Shown: piece by piece, positions 17,331-26,512 of the stretch
Position numbering within the stretch: position 1 is the first letter of the stretch
Layout: every line of letters begins with the position of its first letter
Source of the DNA: Gemmatimonadota bacterium
GTDB taxonomy: Bacteria > Gemmatimonadota > Gemmatimonadetes > Longimicrobiales > Gaopeijiaceae
Direction: 5' to 3'
DNA: 64,000 nt
Assembly (NCBI GenBank): GCA_034521595.1
Contig: JAXHMG010000003.1
Coordinates: forward strand, 416,001 to 480,000
Translations under genes and position numbers: made by a program
The notes under the pieces: model-generated
Database searches by the model: none
What the model saw: only the letters and a program-made list of their open reading frames with translations
Told to the model about the DNA's origin: nothing

Positions 17331-19217
17331 ATGCAGACCAACACGAAAAGAGCGGCGACGCTGAAGTTGCTCGGAATCATGGCGGTCACGGCCGTCCTCT
17401 CAGCCAGCGTCCCGCCGGACGCGCCCATCGCGGACGCGGCGCAGCGGGGCGACCTCGAGACGGTGCGCTCCCTGGTCCGCTCGGGGGCGGATGTGAACGC
17501 GGCGCAGGGCGATGGGATGACGGCTCTGCACTGGGCTGCCGACCGGGGTAACGCCGAACTCGCCAACCTGTTGATCTATGCAGGCGCGAATGTCGAAGCG
17601 GGAACGCGGATCGGGCGGTACACCCCGCTCCATATCGCTGCAAGAGAAGCGCGTCCCGGCGTCGTCCAAGCGCTCCTGGAGGCTGGTGCGGATCCGGAGG
17701 CGCGCTCGACCAACAGCGGCGCGACCCCGTTGCATCTCGCGTCCGCGTCCGGCGACCCCGAGATCGTTTCGGCGCTCGTCGAAGCGGGAGTTGATCCGAA
17801 CGTCACCGAGGGCGCATGGGGTCAGACGCCGCTCATCTTCGCCGCGGCGAACAACCGGGTGGATGCCATCCGCGTGCTGATCGAGGCGGGCGCGGATCCG
17901 AATATGTCCGCCCGCTCGGTGGACGTGAAGGAATGGGCCGATGCCGATCAGGCTGCCGCAGAGCGTCTGACCGAGGCCCTCGACGAATTCAAGGAGCAAG
18001 AGGACGGCGGACCGGACTGGAAACCCAGCTCCGCGCAGGTGCAGGCGGCCGTCGAGCTTTCCCGGGAAGTGCAGCGCAAGTGGCCGAACGTGCCGCAAGA
18101 AGACGAGGGCGAGGACGCGGCGGACGAATCCGAATCCGATGCGGACGATGCCGAAGGTGAGGAAGGTGAGGAGGAGGAACGCAAGCTCTCGTACGCCGAA
18201 CAGGTGGATCGCTGGGGTGGGCTCACGCCGCTGCTGCACGCCGTGCGACAGGGCCACAAAGAGGCCGCGAAGGCGCTCCTCGAGAGTGGTGCGGACATCA
18301 ATCAGACGAGTGGCGACCTCACGTCTCCCCTTCTGATGGCGACGCTGAACGGTCAGTGGGATCTGGCCAAGGTATTGCTCGAGGGCGGTGCGGATCCGAA
18401 CCAGGCGAGCGTGGCGGGTGCGACCCCGTTGTACACGGTTCTCGAGCGGCAGTGGGAGCCGAAGGCGTCTTACGCGCACCCTGTCGAGCATCGGCAGCAG
18501 GAGACCACGCATATCGAAATGCTGCGGGAGCTTTTGGAAGCCGGCGCCGACCCGAATGCGCGTCTGAATCGACATCTCTGGTATATGGAGTACACCTTCA
18601 GCGTGCTGGGCGGAAGCGGTATCTACGTGAAGGGTGCGACCCCCTTCTGGCGGGCTGCGTACGCGCTCGACGTCGAAGCCATGCGACTGTTGAAGGAGCA
18701 CGGTGCGGATCCCGGTATTCCGACCATGAAGGAGCCCGAGCGACGCCGGCGCGCGCCGGACGATCCGCCGGAGGAAGAAGGTGAAGAGGCCGAGGAAGAG
18801 CCCGAGCTCGATCCATCGGGGCTTCCACCCGTGCCCACCAACGGCCCGGCGATCTATCCCATCCATGCGGCATCGGGTGTGGGGTACGGCCAGTCGTTCG
18901 CCGGTAACGCTCATCGTTACGTTCCCGACGGGTGGCTCGATGCCGTGAAATTCCTGGTCGAAGAGGCCGGCGCCGACGTGAACAGGCGCGATGCCAACGG
19001 CTATACGGCGCTACACCACGCCGCCTCACGGGGTGACAACGAGATGATCCGGTATCTCGTCGAGCAAGGCGCGGACGTGACGGTGGTGAGTCGCGAAGGC
19101 CAGACGACCGCGGACATGGCGAACGGACCCGTGCAGCGGGTCCAGCCGTATCCGGCCACCATCCAGCTACTCGAAGAGTTGGGTTCGGAGAACAACAACA
19201 ACTGCCTGTCCTGCTGA
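17331..19217 (+). CDS. Secreted ankyrin-repeat protein
   Basis: Signal peptide; repeated GxTxLHxAA / GADPN ankyrin units; two acidic inserts; C-terminus NNNNCLSC. Confidence 0.9.
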   Translation: MQTNTKRAATLKLLGIMAVTAVLSASVPPDAPIADAAQRGDLETVRSLVRSGADVNAAQGDGMTALHWAADRGNAELANLLIYAGANVEAGTRIGRYTPLHIAAREARPGVVQALLEAGADPEARSTNSGATPLHLASASGDPEIVSALVEAGVDPNVTEGAWGQTPLIFAAANNRVDAIRVLIEAGADPNMSARSVDVKEWADADQAAAERLTEALDEFKEQEDGGPDWKPSSAQVQAAVELSREVQRKWPNVPQEDEGEDAADESESDADDAEGEEGEEEERKLSYAEQVDRWGGLTPLLHAVRQGHKEAAKALLESGADINQTSGDLTSPLLMATLNGQWDLAKVLLEGGADPNQASVAGATPLYTVLERQWEPKASYAHPVEHRQQETTHIEMLRELLEAGADPNARLNRHLWYMEYTFSVLGGSGIYVKGATPFWRAAYALDVEAMRLLKEHGADPGIPTMKEPERRRRAPDDPPEEEGEEAEEEPELDPSGLPPVPTNGPAIYPIHAASGVGYGQSFAGNAHRYVPDGWLDAVKFLVEEAGADVNRRDANGYTALHHAASRGDNEMIRYLVEQGADVTVVSREGQTTADMANGPVQRVQPYPATIQLLEELGSENNNNCLSC

Positions 19218-19240
19218 CCACCAGCTTCACAGGACACGGA

Positions 19241-19275
19241 GCAGGGCCTGGGCGGGATCGCCCGGGCCCTGTTTT
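19241..19275 (+). terminator. Rho-independent terminator of the DUF1592 operon
   Basis: Stem CAGGGCCTGGGCG / CGCCCGGGCCCTG followed by TTTT. Confidence 0.65.
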
Positions 19276-19335
19276 GTGAGCAGGGCCCGAGTTCCCACAC
19301 ATGCGGCGATGACGCCGTGAGGTCGAGGGAGGACT

Positions 19336-20298
19336 GTGCTTAGAAGCACTCTGATCGCGCTGAGTGAGTCGGATGTCGCTCGTCTGGCGGTTACGCGCAC
19401 GCCGCTCAGAGGCATGAGTCGACGGTTCGTGCCCGGGGAGGGGGTCGAAGATCTCGTCGGAGCCATTCGCCAGGCGAACGCCGAAGGGATGTCGGCGACC
19501 GGGAACTACCTGGGAGAATCCGTGAAGACGGAGCGTGCGGCGTCCCAGGCGGCATCGGTCTATACCGGGGTGATGGACCAAGTGCAGCGTGAAGCGCTCG
19601 ATGCCAACGTCTCGGTGAAGTTCAGCCAACTCGGTCAGGCGATCTCCGAGGAGTTTCTCGCCGAGACGCTCGCCCCGATTCTGGAGCGGTCGCGACGGGA
19701 CGGGATCTTCGTGCGGTTCGACATGGAGTCGTCGGCCTATACGCAACGGACTCTGGACGCCTTCGAGAAGCTGTGGTCCGAGGGTTGGCGCAACATCGGT
19801 GTGGTGCTCCAGGCCTACCTCCACCGTACGGCGGGTGACGTGGCGCGTATGAACCAGCTCGGCGCGAGGGTGCGGCTATGTAAGGGAGCGTACGACGAGC
19901 CGGCCAAGATCGCGTACAAAGAGCGTGAGGACGTGGCCGAGAACTTCACGGCGCTCATGCGGGAGCTCATCGACCACGGAAACTACCCCGGGATCGCGAC
20001 CCACGATGAGCGCCTGATCGAAGCCACGCTCGAGCACGTGACCCGCAACGGGATCCCCTCCGATCGTTTCGAGTTTCAGATGCTCTTCGGCGTCCGTCGG
20101 GACCTCCAGCGGCAGCTGGTGGATGACGGATGGAACATGCGGGTCTACGTTCCCTTCGGAGAGCAGTGGTACCCCTACTTGATGCGCAGGTTGGCGGAAC
20201 GCCCCGCGAACCTGCTGCTCCTCATCGGGAGCGTGGTGCGCGAATCGCCGCTGGGCTTCCTGTGGGGTGGCCGCGACCGAACCAACAGGAAGGCGTGA
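19336..20298 (+). CDS. Monofunctional proline dehydrogenase
   Basis: GGAGG SD; RFVPGE, SVKFSQLG, RFDMESS, VLQAYL, RLCKGAY, IATHD, EFQMLFG and YLMRRLAERPAN. Confidence 0.95.
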   Translation: MLRSTLIALSESDVARLAVTRTPLRGMSRRFVPGEGVEDLVGAIRQANAEGMSATGNYLGESVKTERAASQAASVYTGVMDQVQREALDANVSVKFSQLGQAISEEFLAETLAPILERSRRDGIFVRFDMESSAYTQRTLDAFEKLWSEGWRNIGVVLQAYLHRTAGDVARMNQLGARVRLCKGAYDEPAKIAYKEREDVAENFTALMRELIDHGNYPGIATHDERLIEATLEHVTRNGIPSDRFEFQMLFGVRRDLQRQLVDDGWNMRVYVPFGEQWYPYLMRRLAERPANLLLLIGSVVRESPLGFLWGGRDRTNRKA

Positions 20299-21777
20299 TG
20301 AGCCAGGGCGGAGCTGAAGGCGGAGATAAGACGGTCGCGCCGGGAGGGGTGGAAGCCGACTCGACCGAGCTCGGGGGAACCGACGTCCTCAAGTTCGTGG
20401 TGCCGACGCTCGTCGGGATGTTGATGTTCCTCGTGCCGCTCGGCACTGAAGAGTGGATCAGCATCGGTGAGCGGTCGGTCCCGCGCCCGACGCTCCCCCA
20501 TTTCCCGCTTGGATCCGGGGAGTCGGTGACGATCGGCATCGGCGTCCTCGCCGACGCCCTGACGGCTGTCCTGGGTGGCTTCCTCATGCCCCTCGGCGTC
20601 GGCGTGCTCTGCCTGTCGGTGGTCGCCTCGGTAGTCGCTCGTGTCGCCAATCCGGCTTGGATGCGGGTCGAAGGATGGGGTGAGATTTTCCACGTCGGCC
20701 CGCTCTGGTTCGGCCTCCGGGTGATCGGCGCCGTCTTCGGGCTGATGACGATGTACGAGGTCGGCCCCGAGTTCATCCGCGGCGGCGCCACGGGGGGCGT
20801 GATCCTCAACGACCTCATCCCGGTGCTCCTGACCTTCTTCCTGTTCGCGCTCATGGCGCTCCCGTTCTTGACCGAGTTCGGGCTCATGGAGTTCATCGGG
20901 ACGATCGTCCGAAAGCCCTTCCGCGTGGTGTTCGGCCTGCCGGGGCGCAGCGCCATCGACGCCACTGCTTCCTGGATGGGGGCCGCCCCGCTCGGCGTGC
21001 TCATCACGTACCAACAGTACGAGCGCGGCTTCTACTCGCAGCGGGAGGCGTCGGTCATCGCGACCAATTTCTCCGTGGCTTCGATCGCGTTCAGCCTTCT
21101 GATCGCCGGGTTCATCGGGATGGACCACATGTTCGTTCAGATGTACTTCACGGTGGTCGTCGCCGGCGTGATCGCCGCGGTGGTCATGCCCCGGATTCCT
21201 CCGCTCTCACTCAAACCGGACGAATATTACCCTCCGGTGGGCAAGAGGCTGATCGAGCCGGAGCGGAAGGAAGGAACCGGCGTCTTCAAGACGAGTCTGG
21301 CGGCGGCGACGGGACGCGCTCGCACGGCGCCCGGAGCGCGTGTGCTGGGCCGGAACGTGTTGCTCAGCATCGCCGATATCTTCTTCGGCCTGCTGCCGCT
21401 GGTGATGGCGATCGGGACCGCGGCGCTCGCCGTGGCCGAGCACACCCCGGTGTTCACGTGGATTTCCTATCCGATCGTGCCGGTCTTGGAGCTCCTGCGA
21501 CTCCCTGAAGCCGCGGCGGCCGCGCCGGCGACCCTGGTCGGGTTCGCGGACATGTTCCTGCCCGGCCGTCCTCCTCACCGGAGTGGAGAGTGAGCTGACG
21601 CGTTTCGTCATAGGGTGTCTGTCGCTCACCCAGCTCATCTACATGTCCGAGATCGGAGTCCTCATCCTCAAGTCGAAGATCCCGCTCAGCTTTGCCGAGC
21701 TCGTGGTGATCTTCGGGCTACGCACCGTGATCACGCTGCCGATCATCGCTCTGATGGCGCACACGCTGTTCTACTGA
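20298..21777 (+). pseudogene. YjiH-family membrane transporter with a +1 frameshift near 21562 (real lesion or sequencing error)
   Basis: FGLMEFIG...LPGRSAIDA...ATNFS...GFADMFLP. Removing one C at 21561-21563 joins this to AVLLTGVESELTRFVIG...QLIYMSEIG. Confidence 0.8.
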
Positions 21778-21804
21778 GCGAGCGGGAGGGGGCGGCGCAA
21801 CCCC

Positions 21805-22920
21805 TCACTGCAGGGTGCGGACCACCGACGCGACGCGGTCGAGCGCGGGCCTGATCCGCTCGGGCTCGTAGCCGACGGTGATCCGGAGGTGCCCCTCCGC
21901 CCCGAGAAAGCTTCCGGGCGCGGTCAGGATGGAGGCTTCCTGTCGGATGCGCTCCGCCACCTCGAGGGATGGAGCGTCCAGGTGGTAGCGCACGAACGCG
22001 ATCGAGGTGGCCTGCCTGCGTCCCACGCTGAAGAGCCCGTCCTGTTCGTCGAGCCAGGCGCCAAGGAGATCGTGACCGGCACGCGAGAGCGTCCGCTGCC
22101 GCTCGAGGAGATTCGAGTGGTGGACGGGAGTGAGTGCCGCGTCGGCGAGGACCATGCTGGGCGCGGCGGCGGCGATGACTTGGTATTCGTGCCGACGCCA
22201 GAGCTCTTGCACCGTGTCGGGACCGGCGACCGCCCACCCGATGCGGAGACCGGCCAGTCCGTATGCTTTCGACAGGGAGTTGGTCACGACCAGCTTGTCG
22301 TACATGCCTCTGAACGACGGTGTGGGCTCGCCGTCGAGCTCGGTGCCGTGGTACACCTCGTCGGCGTGTAACCACGCACCGACTCGTTCACAGGCCGCGA
22401 CGATGCGTTCCATCTCGTGCGGCTCGAATATGCGGCCCGTCGGGTTGTTGGGGTTGACGACCCCCACCAGGCGGACATCGTCCGTCACCCGTGCGTCGAA
22501 TGCATCCCAGTCCACGGCCCAATCCCGGTCCGGGTCCATGGGCACGTCCCGCACGTCGCATCCCAGGTTACGGGCGAGGCCGGGGAGCTGCTGGTACCCG
22601 GGGGAGAGCCAGACCATGCCGTCACCGGGGCGGAGCAGCGTCTCGGCGACCAGGTGGTTCGCCTGGGCGGCGCCGTTGGTGACGAGGACTTCGTCGGGAG
22701 TGGTGTCTTCGTAGAGGGCGGCGATCTTCCGCCGCAGACGCTCGAGCCCGTTCACCTGAGGATAGAAGAGCTCGAGGGAGAGGAGCTCGTCGCGCTGGTC
22801 CGGATCCAACCAGGAACCGACGTCCACGCACTTCACGGAGCTGTCGGCCAGGTTGATGTCCACGGTGTGCTCGAAGCGGGACTGGTAGTGTTCCAGCTCG
22901 AAAGGATGAAAGTCGGGCAT
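21805..22920 (-). CDS. PLP-dependent aminotransferase, class I/II
   Basis: VTNGAAQAN, NPNNPTG, ADEVY and SLSKAYGLAGLRIGW. Confidence 0.92.
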   Translation of the reverse strand: MPDFHPFELEHYQSRFEHTVDINLADSSVKCVDVGSWLDPDQRDELLSLELFYPQVNGLERLRRKIAALYEDTTPDEVLVTNGAAQANHLVAETLLRPGDGMVWLSPGYQQLPGLARNLGCDVRDVPMDPDRDWAVDWDAFDARVTDDVRLVGVVNPNNPTGRIFEPHEMERIVAACERVGAWLHADEVYHGTELDGEPTPSFRGMYDKLVVTNSLSKAYGLAGLRIGWAVAGPDTVQELWRRHEYQVIAAAAPSMVLADAALTPVHHSNLLERQRTLSRAGHDLLGAWLDEQDGLFSVGRRQATSIAFVRYHLDAPSLEVAERIRQEASILTAPGSFLGAEGHLRITVGYEPERIRPALDRVASVVRTLQ

Positions 22921-22963
22921 GGGCGGTGTCGTGCGGTCGAGTGAAGAGGGTATCTTTCAGGGC

Positions 22964-23947
22964 ATGAGCCGGAACGAAGGGAAGCGGACGAGTGCCTCGG
23001 GATGGGCCGAACGGATCGAGCAGACGCACGCTCGCATCGAACCGTTGATCCGGCGCACCGAGGTCACGCACGCACCCGAGATCGCCCCTGATTTCGCCGG
23101 GAAGTTGGCGTTCAAGCTCGAGCAGCGCCAGCGGACGGGCTCCTTCAAGCTACGCGGAGCGGCGAGCCGCATTCTCGCCTTGTCCGGCGGCGAGTCCGCC
23201 GCGGGTGTCACGACGTCGTCGATGGGAAACCACGGGATGGCTGTGGCGTGGGCGGGGCGGGAGGCGGGAGTTCCGGTCGAGGTGTTCGTCTCCCCGCACG
23301 TCTCGCCGGACCGCCTCGAGCGGATGCACGAGCTGGGGGCGGAGTCGCGGGTGGTGGGAACGTCCGTATTGGACGCGGAGATCGCCGCGCGTGCGGCCGC
23401 GGCCGATTCGGGCAAGGTTTACGTCTCGCCGTACAACGATCCGTGGGTCGTCGCGGGCCAGGGGACCGTCGGCGTGGAATTGCTCGAAGACCTCCCGGAC
23501 CTCGACGCCGTGTTCATCGCCGTCGGCGGTGGAGGGCTGATCAGCGGGATCGGGGCGTACCTCCAGGAGCGGGTCCCGGAGGTCGAGATCGTCGGGTGTT
23601 GGCCGGAGCACGCACCTGCCCTGCATGAATGTTTGCGCCAGGGGCGGATCGTCGAGGTGCCCGAGCGACCCACGCTATCGGAGAGCACGGCGGGTGGCGT
23701 CGAGGACGGGTCGATCACGTTCGACCTCGCGCGGCGGGTCATCGACCGCTCGGTTCTGGTGCCCGAGGAAGAGATTCTGGCCGCGATGCGGCTGGCGCGC
23801 GATCGGCGAGGCTGGTGGATCGAGGGAGCCGCGGGCGTCGCGCTCGCCGCCTTCCTGAGGCATCGGCGGGACTACGACGGGCGTGAAGTGGCCGTCGTTC
23901 TCTGTGGCGGGAATTTATCGTCCGACGTGCGTGCTCGACTGTCGTGA
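22964..23947 (+). CDS. Threonine/serine dehydratase family PLP enzyme (no ACT domain)
   Basis: QRTGSFKLRGA, SMGNHG, AGQGT, VGGGGLISG and LCGGN. Confidence 0.9.
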   Translation: MSRNEGKRTSASGWAERIEQTHARIEPLIRRTEVTHAPEIAPDFAGKLAFKLEQRQRTGSFKLRGAASRILALSGGESAAGVTTSSMGNHGMAVAWAGREAGVPVEVFVSPHVSPDRLERMHELGAESRVVGTSVLDAEIAARAAAADSGKVYVSPYNDPWVVAGQGTVGVELLEDLPDLDAVFIAVGGGGLISGIGAYLQERVPEVEIVGCWPEHAPALHECLRQGRIVEVPERPTLSESTAGGVEDGSITFDLARRVIDRSVLVPEEEILAAMRLARDRRGWWIEGAAGVALAAFLRHRRDYDGREVAVVLCGGNLSSDVRARLS

Positions 23948-23957
23948 ACGCGATGGG

Positions 23958-23992
23958 GTGCGGGGGTGGGTGGCTAGCTCCCACCCCCGCAC
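23958..23992. terminator. Hairpin between convergent genes
   Basis: Perfect 13-bp stem GTGCGGGGGTGGG / CCCACCCCCGCAC. Confidence 0.6.
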
Positions 23993-24015
23993 GCCCGACC
24001 GTGGCGCTGCGTGGC

Positions 24016-24966
24016 TCACTTCGCGTCCCGCTTGCGCAGGGCGAGGAGCGAGATGAACTCCCAGAGGACGTTCGCGGCGCCCATGGCCGTGAGCTCGGCG
24101 TGATCGTACATGGGGTAGACTTCGACGAGGTCTCCCCCGACGAAGTCGATTCCGGTCATGCCTCGCACGAGGGAGAGCCCTTCGTGACTGGTGAAGCCCT
24201 CCACTTCAGGCGTTCCGGTGCCGGGTGCGTAGGCCGGATCCCACGAGTCGATGTCGTAGCTCAGAAAGGTCTTCCCGTCGCCGGCGCGTGCGCGGATACG
24301 CTCGGTAACCGCTTCGATGCCCATCTGCCGCACCTCCTGCATGGTGATGACTTCCATGCCGAGCTCCCGGGACTGGTCGTAGTCCTCGTACCCGTAGATG
24401 GAGCCGCGCAACCCGACCTGAATGACCCGAGCGGGGTCGATGATCCCTTCTTCGGTCGCACGCCGGAAGACCGTGCCGTGGTTGTACTTCTTGCCCCAGT
24501 GACCCTCCCATGTGTCCGGGTGGGCGTCGATCTGTACCACTCCGAGCGGTCCGTGCCGCTTGCTCAGGGCCCGGAGCTCCGCCAATGTGACGGAGTGGTC
24601 ACCGCCGAGGCCGACGGGCGTGACGCCGGCGTCGATGATCGGGCGCAGGCCGGCCTCGATGCGTTCGTACGAGGCCTCGATATAGCCGGGCACGACGCCG
24701 ACGTCCCCGTAATCCACGCCGGAGAGATGCTCGAACAAGTCGACTCCGTGGTACGCGTTGAACGGTCGGAGCATGGTCGACGCGCCCCGGATGGCCTGAG
24801 GGCCGAAGCGGGCGCCGACCCGGTATGTCGTGCTGGTGTCGAAGGGAATGCCGACGACCACGAAGTCCACGTCCTCCGTGGTCTGAATATGGGGCAATCG
24901 CATGAACGTGCGGATGCCCCCGATGCGGGGACTCTCCATGGCGTCCGGCGGTTGGTAGCGGGGCAT
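24016..24966 (-). CDS. speB: Agmatinase / ureohydrolase
   Basis: GARFGPQAIR, GGDHS, DAHPD, HGT, SYDIDSWDPAYAPGTGTP and DLVEV; GAGGAGG SD. Confidence 0.88.
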   Translation of the reverse strand: MPRYQPPDAMESPRIGGIRTFMRLPHIQTTEDVDFVVVGIPFDTSTTYRVGARFGPQAIRGASTMLRPFNAYHGVDLFEHLSGVDYGDVGVVPGYIEASYERIEAGLRPIIDAGVTPVGLGGDHSVTLAELRALSKRHGPLGVVQIDAHPDTWEGHWGKKYNHGTVFRRATEEGIIDPARVIQVGLRGSIYGYEDYDQSRELGMEVITMQEVRQMGIEAVTERIRARAGDGKTFLSYDIDSWDPAYAPGTGTPEVEGFTSHEGLSLVRGMTGIDFVGGDLVEVYPMYDHAELTAMGAANVLWEFISLLALRKRDAK

Positions 24967-25180
24967 TGGCGGGGCCTCCTCGTTGAATGAAGTTCCTTGG
25001 TGTCCGGTCGCGGCGGTCGTTCGGGATGAGGCAGCGACGACTCACGACTCCGGACCGTGCGCCCGAAAGGGCGCGCCGAAGGCGCCGGAAAGCTAGAGAT
25101 GGCGCCTCGGGTCGGCAAATGACCGCCGTGCCGGCCACGGCCCGCGCACCAACGTTACTCGAGCTGAAGCGCGCAACGAT

Positions 25181-26131
25181 ATGAAGATCCGACGCCATGC
25201 CACGCTCGCCGCGGTTCTCACGGTTTTCGCGTGTGGTGACGACGAGGCCGAGGCCCCGGCAGGGGACGGGCCGGGTTCGGACGCCGCCGTCGAGAGCCCC
25301 TATGCGCCCGAGGCACCCGATTCGGTATACCGGGTCGTCCGGGAGATCACCGATGGGGTCTACACCTACGAGTACGCCCGCCCGGAGGATCCCGTGACGA
25401 CGGTCAGCATGTTCGTGGTCAGCGAGGAGGGCGTCCTCGTGGCCGACGGGCAGGGCAACATCGAGGAAACGGAGCGCCTCATCGACGAGATCCGGGAGGT
25501 GTCGGATGCTCCCATCACGCACCTGGTGATCGCGACCGACCACGGGGACCATACCGGCGGCAACCTCGCGTTCCCCGAGTCGGTCGAGGCCTACGCGCAC
25601 CCGGCGGTGGCGGAAGCGCTGGAGCCGGCCGAGCCGGGAGACCCGGTCCTGGAGCCCGATCACCTCGTGCGGGACCGGGAGCGGATCGTGTTGGGGAACA
25701 GGGAGATCGAGGTCCTTTTCCTGGGGCGGGGGCACACGGCCGGGGACCTCGTCGTTCACCTGCCCGAAGAGGGGATCGCCTTCATGAGCGAGGCCTACCT
25801 CGACCGTGTCTTCCCGCTCATGATCACGGCTTACCCGTCGGAGTGGGTGGAGACGCTGCACCTCGCGGAGGCGCTCGATGCGCGGACATACGTGGCCGGT
25901 CACGGCGTGCGGGGCTCGATCCAGTACGGCAAGGAAGATCTCGTCCGGTACCGACGCGCCGTGGAGCAGGTCATCGCCGAGGTGACGAGGCTCTACGAGG
26001 CGGGCATGACCGTGGATGAAGCCGTCGAACGGGCCAACTTCGGCGAGCTTGCGCAGCAGGCCGACTACGTCTACCAGGCCGAGCGGGCGGTTCGTCGGGT
26101 ATGGGCGGAGCTCGAAGGGGAGCTCGACTGA
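25181..26131 (+). CDS. Metallo-beta-lactamase-fold lipoprotein
   Basis: Lipobox VFAC; TDHGDHTGGN, GRGHTAGD and VAGHG. Confidence 0.82.
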   Translation: MKIRRHATLAAVLTVFACGDDEAEAPAGDGPGSDAAVESPYAPEAPDSVYRVVREITDGVYTYEYARPEDPVTTVSMFVVSEEGVLVADGQGNIEETERLIDEIREVSDAPITHLVIATDHGDHTGGNLAFPESVEAYAHPAVAEALEPAEPGDPVLEPDHLVRDRERIVLGNREIEVLFLGRGHTAGDLVVHLPEEGIAFMSEAYLDRVFPLMITAYPSEWVETLHLAEALDARTYVAGHGVRGSIQYGKEDLVRYRRAVEQVIAEVTRLYEAGMTVDEAVERANFGELAQQADYVYQAERAVRRVWAELEGELD

Positions 26132-26155
26132 CCGCGGGGTGGGACCCGCCATCGC

Positions 26156-26184
26156 TTGACGCCGGGGGCACGGGCCCGTACGGT
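26156..26184 (+). promoter_or_regulatory. Sigma70-like promoter of the small protein-amidase pair
   Basis: TTGACG-N17-TACGGT upstream of ATG 26240. Confidence 0.5.
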
Positions 26185-26239
26185 CGGCGAATCGACCTCA
26201 TCCCGGCCAAGCCGGAGCGTCCTCGACCCGGAGCGTACG

Positions 26240-26512
26240 ATGCAGCAGGCACCTCGGACTCCCGCTACGCCCACCGATGAGGAGCTCGATCGCTACATTC
26301 GCACGCGATACGCGCTCCTCGGCATCGATATCTCCGTCCTTCCCGAATCCGATCCGGATGCGCCGATGGATCAGGAGCGGTTGTTGGCGAACGGGCGTTC
26401 GATCCTTCGTCAGGACGTCGAGGCGGCGGACTTTCCCATCGATCCTCAGCTTCACCTTCCACAGCCGCATCCGGCGCCGTTCACCGCCTGGACGGACGGA
26501 GAGGCGGAATGA
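26240..26512 (+). CDS. Small hypothetical protein (90 aa) coupled to the amidase
   Basis: GGAG SD before the ATG; its stop overlaps the amidase start (ATGA). Confidence 0.65.
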   Translation: MQQAPRTPATPTDEELDRYIRTRYALLGIDISVLPESDPDAPMDQERLLANGRSILRQDVEAADFPIDPQLHLPQPHPAPFTAWTDGEAE

